From Felis catus (lineage: Eukaryota), in the NCBI RefSeq assembly GCF_018350175.1, contig NC_058368.1, forward strand, positions 113,524,001 through 113,588,000: a DNA stretch of 64,000 bases, given 5' to 3'. Below, piece after piece: positions 62,156 to 64,000 of the stretch; positions within the stretch are counted from its first letter, which is position 1; each line of letters opens with the position of its first letter. The translations under genes and the position numbers were made by a program. A model generated the notes under the pieces. The model was not told where the DNA came from and ran no database searches. It saw only the letters and a list, made by a program, of their open reading frames with translations.

Positions 62156-64000
62156 CGCTGACCGTCCGCAAGAACAGCGATGCCTGTCTCCAGAAGACAG
62201 CATCATGGGGCTGTCTCAGCCTTGGCAGGCTGGCCAGGTAAGCAGGTGATGTGGCACCAAGACCCGTGTAGAAAGTAAAGGTCTCTGCTCTGGAGGACCT
62301 AAGTGACACGTGCCAAAGTGTTTCCAAACTAGCAACTGCCATGCAAATAGAAGGTGATCTTATATAGGTACACAGAGCTGCTGTGAAAATCCATCTGTGA
62401 CACGTTTAAATCACAGTCCAAGGCAGAACGTGCTAAGTGCAAACTCAGTGTCATGAAGAACAGGCACTACCAAAACAAGGGCGAGTGAGCACGGAAGAGC
62501 AAGCGAGGTGCCCCAGGGAAGCCAGCCCGTAAAAGGAGCACAGACTCAGAGATGCCAACGGCAGGAGGAGCTCGGGGGTGGCCCCTCCCCACCTGCGTCA
62601 GTGATGAGCCCTGAGATGCTGGCACAAAGGGCAGATCCCTGGGCCTCACCCCGACCTACTCACGGAAGCTCTGGGGGAATGTACATTTCATCACGTCCCC
62701 GGCCATCACCCGGTGAAATGTAAGCCCACCAGGCAAAAGGGTCTGACGACACCCCCACTGTGGTTGTAGCGTTGTAACGTCGGAGAGCTTAAAATAAAGG
62801 GAATAAAAAGTCAGAAATGTATGTTAGGGCTGCACAGTGGTGGGGGCGGTGGGATGGGGGGCGGTGGCACGCTCTGCATCTCAGATTTTAGAGCTGGGTC
62901 CAGATTCTGTAGGTATAGGACTTGGAAGCAAAGGAGTGACCTGGTAAATGTAGTATTCCAAAAAGCACAACACACAGCTCAGGAGGGATGAAGACAGCTG
63001 AGTGAGAACAGAGGGAGAGTCGGGAAGCCACAGAAGCCTCCAGCCAGACACTGGGCCAGCACCTCCCACCCCCTTTCTCCTGGTGGCCACCGGTGAGACC
63101 AAGCACAGACATCAAGGAGAAGATGCTGGCGCCTCCTTCAGAGGCACCCGCTCTGGACATCCCAGCAAGACCAAGCCTGAGGACACGCCGACAAAGGAAA
63201 CACACAGGATCTCGAGGCGCGCGTGAGAAAATCTCACTTGCGGGCCAAGAGAGTAAGAGATCCTTCAGAATTCAAGTGCTCAAACACTAGTATTGGCAGG
63301 GATGTGCAGTACGCCAGCCGCCCAAGTTCCTGGAAACAAATAAATAGTAACTGTAATCCGGTCAAAGCCGAGAACCTGCTTTTTTGGGGGGAAAGCTGGC
63401 ATATGCATGTTGCATCTATAAATACACAGAGATCTCAGTGAATGCTAGATGTAAGTGTGATATTTTCTAAACAAGTCGCGTCTGTTTGTTGGGAGATGAA
63501 TCTCAATGCCCTCTATGATTCAAGAAACAAAGAAAGAAACCAGCAGTGGGAAGATATATAAACATCACATCCAAAGCATCATTATTAAACGTGCAGTGGG
63601 TAGTTTCTCTCCTGATGAGGCTGACTTAAAGAGGTCCCGTTAGAGCCCAGGAGACCCCACCCTTCAGGGGTCTCTGCCAAGGGAGCCATCCTGCTCCCAC
63701 TCTCTCCCCATGTCTATGTGACTCTCACATTTTGAGTTACGCAAAATTCAGTCTTCACAAGAGTACACAGAGTCTGTGAGATAGACTGGTCTCAGACCAA
63801 TGTCGATGCACAATTTGGACTCAAAAATTATAAGGTATAGAAGCATCCAAACTTTCTTATCTGCTGGGGTAAATAGAATATAAGTGACTTTTAAAAGGCT
63901 TCCCTCTTTGAAATGCACAAACGAGGCTCCAGTCAAAAGAAATTAGATCCTCTCTCCTTGTCCAGGAGGAGACAGGCTGTAAACATTCCAGAAAGATTTG

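Larger units (their letters stand above)
1770..64000 (-). other. SPOCK1: 3' part of the very long SPOCK1 intron preceding the 46-nt exon (contains the microexon)
   Basis: The upstream exon ending ..YWNRFRD was not found in the window. The + strand is A/C-skewed, as expected for a minus-strand transcription unit. Confidence 0.88.

Noticed and set aside
1..64000. CRISPR arrays, operons, prokaryotic defence systems, intact retroviral or transposase genes, rRNA/snoRNA genes
   Set aside because: None seen. The sequence is mammalian intron, and all transposon coding remnants are broken.

Overview
Mammalian genomic DNA from a cat-family (felid) species, judged from about 23 tRNA-derived Can-SINEs including the felid SINEC_Fc type. 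The whole window lies inside the SPOCK1 (testican-1) gene on the minus strand and is almost entirely intron. Only 55 coding bases are supportable, and the ORF track finds neither exon. One is a 46-nt exon at 1724-1769 (DDYFRNWNPNKPFDQ). The other is a 9-nt in-frame microexon at 8239-8247 (EVE) with a neural-microexon-type 3' splice site: UGC at -15..-13, a displaced pyrimidine tract and a 135-nt AG-free zone. The rest is transposon debris (Can-SINE, old L1, L2, MIR, MLT1/MLT2/ERV LTRs, MER3, MER58, Tigger2a) interspersed with repeat-free, motif-rich blocks that look like enhancers or CTCF sites. None of the listed ORFs is credible as a protein. I found no convincing previously undescribed system. 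The microexon and its possible consequences are the best lead, and the EVE variant itself is probably already known from other mammals. Repeat family names and the gene identification come from recalled sequences, not a database search, and boundaries of old repeats are approximate.
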